DNA of 64,000 nucleotides from assembly GCA_039811685.1 (NCBI GenBank), contig JBDHZC010000001.1, forward strand, positions 448,001 through 512,000, given 5' to 3'. The stretch's first letter is position 1, and the number at the start of each line of letters is the position of its first letter. Shown here piece by piece: positions 30,046 to 40,295 of this stretch. The notes beneath the pieces are model-generated. The model worked only from the letters and a program-made list of their open reading frames with translations, searched no databases and was not told where the DNA came from. A program made the translations under genes and the position numbers. This stretch comes from Armatimonadota bacterium (lineage in GTDB: Bacteria; Armatimonadota; UBA5829; DSUL01).

Positions 30046-33000
30046 ATGATCGCTTTCAGTGCTTTTGGCCGCGCTGCTATCGAAGCTTTGGGACGCGCGA
30101 TCAGCGCCGCTAAGACCCAGCAGGCTCTGGCCCCGGTTACAGTAGTCGTTGACAGCCCAACCCCGGGACTTCACCTGCGACGTACGCTGCCGCTGATCAT
30201 GCGCTCATGCGGACAGAATCACAACGGGCTTCTCAACGTTCGATTTATGGCGCTTGCTCGCGTCGCAGAGCTTCTCAGCGCTACAGAACTGGGCCGGAAG
30301 GGCTTGCGGCCGGCTTCCAGAGCAATGAAAGCCGAGTTAGTCAGGCGCTGTCTCGCTGAGCGTCCAGGTGTTTTCGAGCCCGTGCGCTCCCACCCCTCTA
30401 CTGTTCAGTCTCTGCTTGCGGTTTTTCCTCATCTGCGACAGGCGCTGGAATCCACAACAAAGCATCTGAGCAACGCCAGCCCGCGCGCAGCAAGCGTGGT
30501 ATCTCTGTTTCACGCTTATCACAATTCTCTAAGAGAACTTCAGTTGTATGACTCCGTGGACGTACTGGAAATCGCCACGCGCGCTGTAGACGCCGGCAGC
30601 GCTGCTTTGACCGACATTGGGCACGTCATTGTCTACCTTCCGCCAAAGCTGAACGGAGCGCAGACCGAACTGCTTAAGAAGCTGCAGGAGCGAGAGCAGC
30701 TTTCGATGATTCTGGGGTTAACGGGCGACCAGGAGGCGGATGCTGAGGCTCTTGAGCTGGGCGCGGCATTCGGCACAAGCCCGCCAGCGCCTCAGACATA
30801 CCGCCCACCATGTCCAGATCTGCTAGTTGTCGCTCAGGATTCAGAGGAAGAGATTCGCGAGGTCATGCGCCAGGTCATGGCACGCGCTCACAGCGGTGTT
30901 CCACTCTACCGGATTGGCGTAGTGTTCCGCCAGGCAGAGCCTTATGCCCAGGCGATAATTGAAGCTGTCACCAGTGCCGGGATACCGTGTAATGGACACT
31001 CGACGCGTCGGCTTTCGGAGAGCTTCGCTGGCAGAGTTCTCCTTGGCGCGCTCAGGCTGGAAGGAAGCCGCTGGAGAAGACACGATGTTATGGACTGGCT
31101 TACGTGCGCTCCAATCAGAAATCCGCAAGGCGACGTGATCGAAGCTGCGGCCTGGGAGAGACTGGCGCGGTTGGCGGGTGTTGTTCAGACGAAGGAAGCG
31201 TGGGAGCAAAAACTCACGGCATACACCAGGCTCATGCGCGCAAAGAGCGAGCGAGCTTCTCCGGAGGACGACTCTCTGACGGACTACGCTCGCCAGGCGA
31301 CGTACGCAGATACGCTCTTGAGGTTTGTCAGGAATCTGTTTGAAAATCTGGCCATGCGGCCGCAAGATCGCTGGACTGGCTACGTGTCCGTTTCGAAGCA
31401 GATATTGAAAGACTACCTTTGCGCGGAGCAACACGCAGGCGACGACTGGACCGAATCAGAGAAAAGCGCTCTTGAGCAGACGCTGAAAGCGCTGGACGGA
31501 CTGGAAGAACTCGAGGCGCTCGGCGATGGCGAAGTCAGTCTCGAGACTTTCACGCAGGCTCTGGAACAGCAGCTCTCTGGCAGCTCTTCTTCAGAAGGAA
31601 AGTACGGGCACGGACTTTTTATCGGCACTCTATCCGAAGCGGCGAGGATGGATTTTGATTGCGTATTCATTGTTGGGATGACAGAAGGAAGCGTGCCAGT
31701 CCTGTCCCCGGACAACCCCCTGATACCGGAGCACGAACGAAAGGAAGGCGATGGGCTCGAGTCACTGGCCACAACGATCGCCCAGGAGCGAAGAGAATAT
31801 CTGGGCGCGTTAGCAGCCGGCGCAGAGCAAGTCTTGCTCACTCCGCGCGTAGATCAGGGGGCGGGACGCGAAAACCTGCCATCCCGGTGGTTCCTGGACG
31901 CAGCCAGCGAGCATGCGCAAGAGACTGTCACCAGCAGAGATCTCGAGGCTCTGATAGAAGAGCCGTGGTTCAAGAGGCTGCCCAGCTTTGAGGGATCACT
32001 GCTTCGAGAGCCTCCTTCCACAGTTCAGGACTTTGATCTCCGGAGTATATTGCGTCACCTGCGCTCGTGGCAGGAGTGTGAGACACATTTTCTCGCAACG
32101 GATCTGGAATTGGCTGCCGGTTTTGACTGTGAAGTGAGCCGACCCGGTGCGTCCTTCACGAAGTGGGATGGTAGACTCACGCTTGACGAGAATCGGCCGC
32201 AACCAATAGAGGGTGTGCTGTCTGCCACAACTCTGGAGCGATATGCTCGGTGTCCATTTCAGTTCTTCTTACAAGACATCTTGCACGTGGAGGAAACAGC
32301 CACGCCTGAGGAGATTGATATTATCGATCCGCTGGTGCGCGGGACGATCTACCACACAGCCCTGCAGAGATTCTTCTCCTCCAATACTGGCCGGGGATGT
32401 GATGATCCGTGGAGTGAGACAGACAAGGCGCAAATGCGCTCTATCGTTGAACAGCTTCTGGATCAGACTGAAACAGATGGCGTCGTTTCCACAGGACCGC
32501 AGTGGACCTGGATGCGCGAGCAGATCAGCGAGGACCTGATGCGCGCGTTGGATCTGGACTCAGAGTACCGTAAATCCGAACGCATGGCACCCTGGAAGTT
32601 CGAGCATTCGTTCGGCAGAGATGGATCAATCACAATACAGCTCGATGATGGAGCTTTGAAACTGCAAGGCCGCATCGACCGAATTGACCGCCGCGAGGAC
32701 AATGGTCACCTGCACATAATCGACTATAAATCTGGAAGCGGGCAGCAAAAGAGGACACTGTGCGAGGACCTTGACCAGGGACGCTTACTACAGGTTGCGC
32801 TGTACGCCCGCGTTCTGGCAGACATTTTCAATGTGGACGCAGAGGGCGAGTACTGGTATCTGCGCAATGACGCGAATGTCAAACGAGTGCGCATACCGGC
32901 CACGCCGGAGACACAGACCCTTCTTATGGACATTCTGCGTGTCGTCAGTGCCGGCATGGACAACGGAATTTTCATTTCCAATCCCGGCGCACCAGATCAA

Positions 33001-33153
33001 GGCAGCTATGTGAACTGTGCCAACTGCGCCTTCAACCGCGTATGTCCATCGGAGCGCAGGCGTCTTTGGCAACGAAAGAAATCGGACGAAGCGGTCAAAG
33101 ACTACGCGAACATCGCTGAGCCAGCTGTTGACGAAGTGGACGGTGAACAATGA
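30046..33153 (+). CDS. addB: AddB-like inactive helicase with PD-(D/E)XK nuclease and Fe-S staple
   Basis: LSATTLERYARCP, GRIDRID, IIDYKSG, C..C.F..VC. Confidence 0.85.
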   Translation: MIAFSAFGRAAIEALGRAISAAKTQQALAPVTVVVDSPTPGLHLRRTLPLIMRSCGQNHNGLLNVRFMALARVAELLSATELGRKGLRPASRAMKAELVRRCLAERPGVFEPVRSHPSTVQSLLAVFPHLRQALESTTKHLSNASPRAASVVSLFHAYHNSLRELQLYDSVDVLEIATRAVDAGSAALTDIGHVIVYLPPKLNGAQTELLKKLQEREQLSMILGLTGDQEADAEALELGAAFGTSPPAPQTYRPPCPDLLVVAQDSEEEIREVMRQVMARAHSGVPLYRIGVVFRQAEPYAQAIIEAVTSAGIPCNGHSTRRLSESFAGRVLLGALRLEGSRWRRHDVMDWLTCAPIRNPQGDVIEAAAWERLARLAGVVQTKEAWEQKLTAYTRLMRAKSERASPEDDSLTDYARQATYADTLLRFVRNLFENLAMRPQDRWTGYVSVSKQILKDYLCAEQHAGDDWTESEKSALEQTLKALDGLEELEALGDGEVSLETFTQALEQQLSGSSSSEGKYGHGLFIGTLSEAARMDFDCVFIVGMTEGSVPVLSPDNPLIPEHERKEGDGLESLATTIAQERREYLGALAAGAEQVLLTPRVDQGAGRENLPSRWFLDAASEHAQETVTSRDLEALIEEPWFKRLPSFEGSLLREPPSTVQDFDLRSILRHLRSWQECETHFLATDLELAAGFDCEVSRPGASFTKWDGRLTLDENRPQPIEGVLSATTLERYARCPFQFFLQDILHVEETATPEEIDIIDPLVRGTIYHTALQRFFSSNTGRGCDDPWSETDKAQMRSIVEQLLDQTETDGVVSTGPQWTWMREQISEDLMRALDLDSEYRKSERMAPWKFEHSFGRDGSITIQLDDGALKLQGRIDRIDRREDNGHLHIIDYKSGSGQQKRTLCEDLDQGRLLQVALYARVLADIFNVDAEGEYWYLRNDANVKRVRIPATPETQTLLMDILRVVSAGMDNGIFISNPGAPDQGSYVNCANCAFNRVCPSERRRLWQRKKSDEAVKDYANIAEPAVDEVDGEQ

Positions 33154-36100
33154 ACTCCTGGACACCGCCACCAGATCAACAACAGCGTGATACCGTTGAG
33201 ACACAGCTTGACGCGACACTGTTTGTGGAAGCGGGAGCTGGAACAGGAAAAACGACAGCTTTGGTGAAGCGTATAGTCGCGCTCATCTCCTCAGGCACCC
33301 CCGTGAACGAAATTGCTGCGACCACCTTCACGGAGAAGGCCGCCGCTGAGATGAAGGAGCGCGTGCGCAACGAACTTGCAAGGCGCGCTGAAGACCAGGA
33401 CTCCTCCGAGGATATCCGGCGGAGATGTTTTGTTGCCGCTCAGGACCTGGACTCCGCGGTTATAGAGACTCTGCACGGGTTCGCCCGGCGCATTCTCGCG
33501 CTGTACCCTTTGGAGGCCGGGCTGCCTCCCGGCTTTGAGATTCTGGATGAAATCCAGGGGCAGATTGCTTTTGAAGACCAGTGGAGTCTGATACTGGAGG
33601 AGATGCTGGCGGACGAGGCCTTGCAGGAGGCTCTACAGAGAAGTCTGCGCTTAGGGCTAAGAGTCAAGCTTCTGAAAGAGCTTGCGTTACGATTTCATCA
33701 GAACTGGGACAGAATCAGTGAGCATTCGTTAGACCGCCATCCTGACCTCTCAGAGCTTTTCGATCGGTTTGAGAAATGTCTCGACTCTGTGTGTGCTCTT
33801 CTCAAGTATTGCACGGAACCAGAAGACAGACTCGCAAAGGAGATCGAGAAGCAGAATGCCTTGCGTCGAGAGTTTCGCTCTCACAGCGAAGTCTGGCCAA
33901 AGCTAAAGATTCTGTTGAACTATCGGCGACCCGCTTTGAACGCTGGTTCGCAAAAGAATTGGAAAATTGAGAAAGCGCAGATAAAAGAAGAGTGCGAAAA
34001 CGCGGAGGCGCAGGCAACGGAACTTCAAGAGCAGGCTCGGATGGGGATTGCCGCGCCACTTGTGAAATACCTGCTTCGCAAGACGCTTGATTACGCCGAT
34101 CAGCGCAAATGTTCCGGGCGGCTTGAGTTTCACGACTTGCTGGTTCTTGCCGTCCGCCTCCTGCGAGAGAATTCTGAAGTGCGCCAGGCCCTTCACCACC
34201 GGTGGAGTTGTCTGTTGATTGATGAGTATCAGGATACAGATCCGCTCCAGATTGAAATCGCCAGTCTTATCACTCACGACCCGCGCACCCCTCTTTCTTC
34301 GGAATGGCACTGGACTCAGGCGCAGGTTCCCGCCGGAAGGCTTCTGTTTGTCGGCGATCCCAAGCAGTCGATCTATCGCTTCCGCAGGGCAGATGTTGGG
34401 CTCTTTCACCGTACGCAGGAGACAGTCGGTAGCGGGTGTCTCGAGTTGACGACAAATTTCCGTTCGCACGAACACATCATCCACTGGGTGAACAGTGTGT
34501 TCAAGCGTGTGCTTGGCGAAGGCCAGGATAATGAGTATTCGCCGCTGCAACCAGGACGCGCAGACAACCTGCCCGGATCGGGCCAGATATATCTGCTCGG
34601 AACAGAGATGGACTCCTCGGCCGATAAGATCCGCGAGTATGAGGCGGAGGATGTAGTCAGAGTTATTAGCCAGGCCATGTCGGATAAGTGGCCTGTTGCG
34701 GTAACTGACGAGGCAGGTGAGTGGGCGCTCCGCGATCCGAGACTATCTGATGTCGCCATCCTCCTGCCCACCAGAACCTCCCTTCCAACGCTGGAAGCAG
34801 CGCTGCAGAACGCTGATCTGCCGTATCGCCTGGAAAGCCAGAGTCTTGTGTACAACTCCTCTGAGGTCCGGGAGTGTCTCGCTATTCTGCGCGCAGTTGA
34901 CGATCCGTCCGACCAGGTCAGTCTTATAGCCGCGCTGCGCGCTTCCGCGCTCGCTTGCACAGATCAGGATCTCTGGGAGTTCAAATCCCAGGGCGGACAG
35001 TGGGACTTCTTACGAACTCAGTCGCCACCGGTTATTGATCTGAAGGTGGCTAAGGCGATGGCGACGCTGGCCAAATACCACCATATGCGCCTTGGAATGA
35101 CCCCCAGCGCCTTGTTGACCACAATTGTTCGTGACCTCCGTATGATGGAGCTGGCGAGCGCTCGCCGACGTCCACGCGAGAGCTGGCGTCGAATTCGATT
35201 CTTGATCGAGCGTGCGCAGACATTCGTTGCGGCTACAGGTGGGACACTGAGGCAGTTTCTCAGATGGTGTGAGCTTCAGGCTGACAGCGACGCTCGCGTG
35301 AGTGAGAGTATTCTCCCGGAGACAGATGACGACGCAGTGCGCGTCCTGACTATTCATGCGGCGAAAGGTCTGGAGTTTCCTATTGTTATTCTGAGTGGGA
35401 TGAGCGCGGGGTCCAGAAAGGCAGACTCTGTGCGGGTACTGTGGGACGAAGAAAACCAACTCGGGCTGAAGTTTGGATCAAAAAGCGCCCAGACATGTTT
35501 TCGCACGGCTGGTATGGCAGAGTTGGAGAGAGAGGACGCCGAGCAGGATGAAGCGGAGAAAAATCGCTTGCTCTACGTGGCGGCCACCCGCGCCCGAGAC
35601 CATCTCGCTGTCAGCCTCTATCACAAGAAATCCACGGACACCGCCGGTCTTGGAAAGCGGCTTTATGATGCGTGCGAAGATCGCGAAGAACGAAGGCTGC
35701 CTGCAGTCGTTGCTCTCACACCGCCTGTCCCGAAACTGCCAAGTGAGACACCGGTAGACAGCATCGAAGAGCGAAGTAAATGGATTGAAGAGCGCGCCAG
35801 ACTTCTGGAGATGCGATCAAGCATGAGACTTTGCGCAGCCACAACCGTCGCGCGAGAGATGTCCACCACGACTGAATTTTCAGAAGAGGATACCGAGCCA
35901 AACATCGAGAGTGCGTTTACACTCGGAAGCCACAGGCGTTCCGGAACCACTACAGGCCGCGCCGTGCATGCGGTGTTGCAGAGTATCAATCTAACAGATC
36001 CCGCAGGTCTTGTGGGCACAGCGGAGGCCCAGGCGCGAGCAGAGGGACTTACCAGCCCGGACGACATTCGCCGAGTCCGCGCGCTCACTCAGAAGGCGCT

Positions 36101-36515
36101 CGCCTCCGACAGCGTGCAGGCAGCAATCAGGGGTGAGGGCGGATACTGGCGTGAGGTTTTTGTCTCAGCGGAGGTGGAAGGAACGCTACTGGAAGGGTTC
36201 ATTGACCTGCTCTACCAGACTCCCGACGGGGCCTACCACATTGTTGACTACAAGACTGATACAGCAGCTCATCTGTCTGAAGAGGAGCTCCTCCAGCGCT
36301 ACGCCCCACAGGGATGCAGCTATGCTCTTGCGTTTGAAGCCTGTATGGGCTGCGTGGTCTCGGACGTCGTGTTTCTGTTCTTGAGTCACTCTCCCGCGCT
36401 GGAAATGCCGGTGAGCAATCTGGAACAAGGCAAGGAACGCGTGCGCGCTTATCTCAGAGATCGCAACCTCCGCGACCACAGCAGCTCTTCAGGTTTTCCA
36501 GGCGCTGCCGTGTGA
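33150..36515 (+). CDS. addA: AddA-like UvrD helicase with C-terminal nuclease
   Basis: EAGAGTGKT, DEYQDT, VGDPKQSIYRFR, TIHAAKGLEF, LYVAATRA, GFIDL/IVDYKT; ATGA overlap with addB. Confidence 0.92.
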   Translation: MNSWTPPPDQQQRDTVETQLDATLFVEAGAGTGKTTALVKRIVALISSGTPVNEIAATTFTEKAAAEMKERVRNELARRAEDQDSSEDIRRRCFVAAQDLDSAVIETLHGFARRILALYPLEAGLPPGFEILDEIQGQIAFEDQWSLILEEMLADEALQEALQRSLRLGLRVKLLKELALRFHQNWDRISEHSLDRHPDLSELFDRFEKCLDSVCALLKYCTEPEDRLAKEIEKQNALRREFRSHSEVWPKLKILLNYRRPALNAGSQKNWKIEKAQIKEECENAEAQATELQEQARMGIAAPLVKYLLRKTLDYADQRKCSGRLEFHDLLVLAVRLLRENSEVRQALHHRWSCLLIDEYQDTDPLQIEIASLITHDPRTPLSSEWHWTQAQVPAGRLLFVGDPKQSIYRFRRADVGLFHRTQETVGSGCLELTTNFRSHEHIIHWVNSVFKRVLGEGQDNEYSPLQPGRADNLPGSGQIYLLGTEMDSSADKIREYEAEDVVRVISQAMSDKWPVAVTDEAGEWALRDPRLSDVAILLPTRTSLPTLEAALQNADLPYRLESQSLVYNSSEVRECLAILRAVDDPSDQVSLIAALRASALACTDQDLWEFKSQGGQWDFLRTQSPPVIDLKVAKAMATLAKYHHMRLGMTPSALLTTIVRDLRMMELASARRRPRESWRRIRFLIERAQTFVAATGGTLRQFLRWCELQADSDARVSESILPETDDDAVRVLTIHAAKGLEFPIVILSGMSAGSRKADSVRVLWDEENQLGLKFGSKSAQTCFRTAGMAELEREDAEQDEAEKNRLLYVAATRARDHLAVSLYHKKSTDTAGLGKRLYDACEDREERRLPAVVALTPPVPKLPSETPVDSIEERSKWIEERARLLEMRSSMRLCAATTVAREMSTTTEFSEEDTEPNIESAFTLGSHRRSGTTTGRAVHAVLQSINLTDPAGLVGTAEAQARAEGLTSPDDIRRVRALTQKALASDSVQAAIRGEGGYWREVFVSAEVEGTLLEGFIDLLYQTPDGAYHIVDYKTDTAAHLSEEELLQRYAPQGCSYALAFEACMGCVVSDVVFLFLSHSPALEMPVSNLEQGKERVRAYLRDRNLRDHSSSSGFPGAAV

Positions 36516-36695
36516 GTAACTGCTCAATTACGCCGTGAGCTTGACGGGTAACATAGTCCAGGGTCCACGGCCTGATGTCAGCAGAAACACGAGAAAACCG
36601 AGCGCTTGTTGACAACTCTCCATGCGTTCCTTTTTACTGTGCATACGCCCGCTGGCGATTCCGGGCGCAGGAAGTGGAAGGTGTTCTTGACTAGG

Positions 36696-37331
36696 ATGAC
36701 TCTTGGAACTGGGGCAGTGAGTGGCGGCTCGCGAACGTTGTTTGTTCCGCGCACACTTGCTGAGACAGTGTCGGCAGTGGCAGCAGGAGCGCTCACTGTA
36801 GCTCTGCTCTCGCAACGCATTGATTTGGGATTTACACCAGTCCCAGTCACGCTCCAGACGCTTGGAATCCTGCTGGTGTCCTACACTCTCGGGGCAAGAC
36901 TGGCGGCTGCTTCGCTGCTCACGTATCTGCTGGCTGGCGCGGCCGGCGCACCGGTATTCAGTGGGTTTGCTGGCGGCCTTCCTTATCTTCTAAGCTCTGG
37001 ACAGGGGCTTGTGGCGCCCACAGTGGGCTATCTCTTGGCGTTTCCTGTCGCTGCCCATCTCGCGGGTGGGCTCTGGGAGGATCGACGCAGCGCCAGTTTC
37101 AGCTATGCATGGCTTACAGGCGCGCTGGCTATCGGATATATCTACCTCGGCGGCTTCGCGTGGCATGCGATCCAGCGCGTCAGTACACTCGGGTTAGGAC
37201 CGGGCCTCAAGCTGGCGCTCGTACAGACGGTGTGGCCGTTTCTGCTGCTGGATATGGCAAAGGCTGCAATTGCCGCAGCAATCGCAGTCGGACTTTTCAA
37301 AAGGAGATGTCGGCTGACGCCCGCCGCTTGA
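36696..37331 (+). CDS. bioY: Biotin transporter BioY
   Basis: PVPVTLQTL, GAPVFSG, PTVGYL motifs. Confidence 0.92.
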   Translation: MTLGTGAVSGGSRTLFVPRTLAETVSAVAAGALTVALLSQRIDLGFTPVPVTLQTLGILLVSYTLGARLAAASLLTYLLAGAAGAPVFSGFAGGLPYLLSSGQGLVAPTVGYLLAFPVAAHLAGGLWEDRRSASFSYAWLTGALAIGYIYLGGFAWHAIQRVSTLGLGPGLKLALVQTVWPFLLLDMAKAAIAAAIAVGLFKRRCRLTPAA

Positions 37332-37352
37332 GCGTAGCCGCCCGTAAGACAC

Positions 37353-37742
37353 GTGTGGCAAAGGACATTGTGGGTAGGATTTGGCGGGTTTCTCGGCGCT
37401 AACGCGCGCTACTGGCTGGGCGGTTGGGTCGCCGGACGTCTCGGCGCTCAGTTCCCCTACTCCACCCTGATCATCAACGTGTCAGGCTCTTTTCTCCTGG
37501 GTCTTTTCGTGACCCTGTTCGGATTCTTCTCGTGGCGTCCGCAGTCTCAATGGACAGTGGCAATTGGGTTTCTTGGAGCGTACACCACCTTCTCCACCTA
37601 CGAACTGGAAAGCCTGACGCTCCTTCGCGAAGGCAGCCCTCTCCTGGCTTTTGCCAATCTCTTTGGAAGTCTGCTGGCCGGGTTAGTTGCGGCGTGGCTG
37701 GGCGTCGTGACCGGCAGACTCTTTACCGGGGGAATATCGTGA
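37353..37742 (+). CDS. crcB: Fluoride channel Fluc/CrcB
   Basis: GGFLGANARY, TLIINVSGSF, GFLGAYTTFSTY. Confidence 0.95.
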   Translation: MWQRTLWVGFGGFLGANARYWLGGWVAGRLGAQFPYSTLIINVSGSFLLGLFVTLFGFFSWRPQSQWTVAIGFLGAYTTFSTYELESLTLLREGSPLLAFANLFGSLLAGLVAAWLGVVTGRLFTGGIS

Positions 37743-38098
37743 AGATCGTGGGGACAGCGAAGGCTGTTCGTATCTACATCGGCGATTCGGACACGTGGCG
37801 TGGCCGCCCGCTCCACACGGCCATTGTGGAGATGGCGCGTAAAGAGGGTCTGGCAGGTGCGACTGTGATCAAGGGGTTCGAGGGCTTTGGCGCACACAGC
37901 CATCTGCACACAGCCAACATTTTGCGCTTGTCGGAAGATCTCCCAGTACTGGTGGAGATTGTGGATATTGAGGAGCGCATCCGCGCATTCCTGCCTCAGC
38001 TTGACGGAATGGTCAATGAAGGACTGATCACGATTGAAGATGTCGAGGTTGTGAAGTACGTCGCGGACCCTCCTGATCAAACTCACCGCGACGGGTAG
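37739..38098 (+). CDS. DUF190 PII-like protein
   Basis: RIYIGDSD, GLAGATV..G..GFG, LSEDLP; GTGA overlap with crcB. Confidence 0.9.
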   Translation: MKIVGTAKAVRIYIGDSDTWRGRPLHTAIVEMARKEGLAGATVIKGFEGFGAHSHLHTANILRLSEDLPVLVEIVDIEERIRAFLPQLDGMVNEGLITIEDVEVVKYVADPPDQTHRDG

Positions 38099-38231
38099 TT
38101 CAACTCACCTGCGGCCTGTCCGAATAACCTGGGATTTGCCTGCATCCTTGGGTGAACTGGCTAATCTGAGCCGAGACACTCGCCCTCCGCCCCCAGATAA
38201 TCTGCCTCCACAAAGGTGTGTGTCACTTATA

Positions 38232-38642
38232 TCAGTCGCGATCGAAAGCTGTTGCGTCAGCTCCGGCCTGCGACGGCGCCTGATGGCTTTGGCGAATGCG
38301 GCGACGGCTTTTGGCGGACTGAGCAGCACCGTCCCCGCGGTAGCCTGCAGACTCCAGCCAGAATGCGACAACCCCCAGCACGACCAGTAAAACACCGACC
38401 ATACCCGCAGCGCGCCCGGGTAGCCACCGGGCAGCCGAATGCGAAACTGAAGCGATGAGAAACTGCCAAACAAAGAACATGCCCGCCATACTCCACACCG
38501 CTAGAGACGGGCGCAAACGTACGTCGATCTTATTCTTTGTTCGATGCGCTGTTCTTCTGCGCTTGAGCAACCCTTTCACTGAAGGATTGCGCCGTTTGGA
38601 GGAAGACTTTCTGCGCCGAGTTGCGCTGCTCGTGCGGCTCAC
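38232..38642 (-). CDS. Small membrane protein with highly basic N-terminus
   Basis: 4-nt overlap with the pcm stop; Arg/Lys-rich N-terminus and two TM segments. Confidence 0.55.
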   Translation of the reverse strand: MSRTSSATRRRKSSSKRRNPSVKGLLKRRRTAHRTKNKIDVRLRPSLAVWSMAGMFFVWQFLIASVSHSAARWLPGRAAGMVGVLLVVLGVVAFWLESAGYRGDGAAQSAKSRRRIRQSHQAPSQAGADATAFDRD

Positions 38643-39310
38643 TGACGCATCTCAGAAGAGCTCCAACCCTCTTCACCCAACAGTGGAACAAAAACGCAGG
38701 TCTCCGTGGACTCCTCTTCAAACCGGTCAAGTCTGCGCCGTACGATAACTGTTCGCTGAACTTCCAAAGAGCCAACAGGCAGAATCATCCGTCCTCCATT
38801 GCGAAGCTGCTGCTTCAGAGGCTCGGGAATATGAGGGGCGGCGCACGCGGCGATAATTCGATCGTATGGAGCGCTTTCTGGCCATCCGAGCGAACCGTCA
38901 CCATATTCTACGCGCACATTCGCAGAGCCGCACGCGGCAAGATTTGCGCGCGCCACGTCCACGAGAGGCTCCAGGCGCTCAACTGTCACAACTGACCTGG
39001 CCAAAACACCAAGCAGTGCCGCCTGATAGCCCGAACCCGCTCCGATCTCCAGGACATGGTGGTGTGGCTGGACATCAAGGGCCTGAAGCATGAGGCCAAT
39101 CATCAGGGGCTGCGAGATACTTTGCCCACAGGCTATAGGCAGAGCGGCATTGTCATAGGCTTTGTGCCGATCCTGCTCGGGCAGGAAAAGCTCGCGAGGC
39201 ACGCGACGGAGAGCATTCAGCACGCGCTGGTCTGTGACGCCGCGCGGAATCAGCGCATGGCGAATGAGCGCCTCAACATGCTCGTAATGACAGTCCTCAG
39301 AGTTGTCCAA
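38639..39310 (-). CDS. pcm: Protein-L-isoaspartate O-methyltransferase
   Basis: VPRELF, GQSISQP, VLEIGAGSGY, APYDRI, FVPL; start approximate. Confidence 0.93.
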   Translation of the reverse strand: MDNSEDCHYEHVEALIRHALIPRGVTDQRVLNALRRVPRELFLPEQDRHKAYDNAALPIACGQSISQPLMIGLMLQALDVQPHHHVLEIGAGSGYQAALLGVLARSVVTVERLEPLVDVARANLAACGSANVRVEYGDGSLGWPESAPYDRIIAACAAPHIPEPLKQQLRNGGRMILPVGSLEVQRTVIVRRRLDRFEEESTETCVFVPLLGEEGWSSSEMRQ

Positions 39311-40295
39311 TCCCAAAGCTGCGCCCCCTGAAAAACTCAACCATATCCGCCATAGGTTGCGGCATCTCTACCTCAAACGACAGGGCCGCCCCGGTCAATG
39401 GGTGCTTCAAAGCCAGAGACTTTGCGTGCAACGCCTGCCCATCAAGAGCTTCCAGAAGCCTTCGAAAGCGCTCTGAGTCCTGCGATCCTGGCTTACCCGG
39501 AAGTCTCTGCCTGGCGTGGTACGTTGCATCACCTACAATACCGTGCCCTGCATAGGCACAGTGTACGCGAATCTGATGGGTACGGCCGGTAGAAAGCTTG
39601 GCCTCCAGAAGTGTCGCCTCTGAGAATCGCTCCTGCACCACAAGCTCGGTCAGCGCCTCTCGCGCTTTGTCCGGACCCTGCGCCGCCAGAACGGCCATCT
39701 TCTCCGGATGACGCGGATCACGGCCAATAGCGGCGTCCACAAGCGCTCGATTGAAGCGAGGACTGCCCCATACCAGAGCCTGATACCGCCGCTCCACTTT
39801 TCGCTCCGCAATCAACTCGGACAACGCCGTCATCGACTCTGCGGATAAAGCAACCAGCAGAAGTCCTGATGTGTCCTTGTCAAGCCGATGGACTATACCG
39901 GGCCGTCCGGGGTCTGATCCTTCCGGGAGATGTCTGAAGCGAGCTGCGAGGATATTGACAAGGGTGCCGCTTGATCGGCCAGCTCCGGGGTGTACAGCAA
40001 GTCCACGCGGCTTGTTGACCACTGCGAGGTGCTGATCTTCATAGATAATCTCCAGATCTGCATCTTCAGCAGCGGTGTTTCCGGCATCCTCAAACGCAAT
40101 TTCGCCTTCCACTACGCTTTGCGCGGCCACAGGAGTGCGTGAAGGCGCGATTTGCGCATTGAGCCTCACGTGTCCGGCGGCGATGAGTCTCTGAACGCGC
40201 GCGCGAGAGAGGCCATCCAGACGGGATGTCACCACTACGTCCAGCCGCTGCCCGGCCTCTTCTGGCTGGACAACAAAGCGAAAGTTCTCAGGCAT
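39297..40295 (-). CDS. rluD: RluA/RluD pseudouridine synthase with S4 domain
   Basis: RLD..SR S4 domain, VVNKPRG, HRLDKDTSG, TGRTHQIRVH. Confidence 0.93.
   Translation of the reverse strand: MPENFRFVVQPEEAGQRLDVVVTSRLDGLSRARVQRLIAAGHVRLNAQIAPSRTPVAAQSVVEGEIAFEDAGNTAAEDADLEIIYEDQHLAVVNKPRGLAVHPGAGRSSGTLVNILAARFRHLPEGSDPGRPGIVHRLDKDTSGLLLVALSAESMTALSELIAERKVERRYQALVWGSPRFNRALVDAAIGRDPRHPEKMAVLAAQGPDKAREALTELVVQERFSEATLLEAKLSTGRTHQIRVHCAYAGHGIVGDATYHARQRLPGKPGSQDSERFRRLLEALDGQALHAKSLALKHPLTGAALSFEVEMPQPMADMVEFFRGRSFGIGQL

Noticed and set aside
30046..36515. Helicase-nuclease anti-phage system
   Set aside because: Architecture and coupling match housekeeping AddAB; no defence-island context
36516..37352. 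Fluoride riboswitch upstream of crcB
   Set aside because: No GGCGATG...CTGATG-type aptamer recognised; only a 21-nt gap after bioY
37424..37738. N-terminal extension of the DUF190 ORF
   Set aside because: It overlaps crcB in another frame; the likely start is GTG 37739
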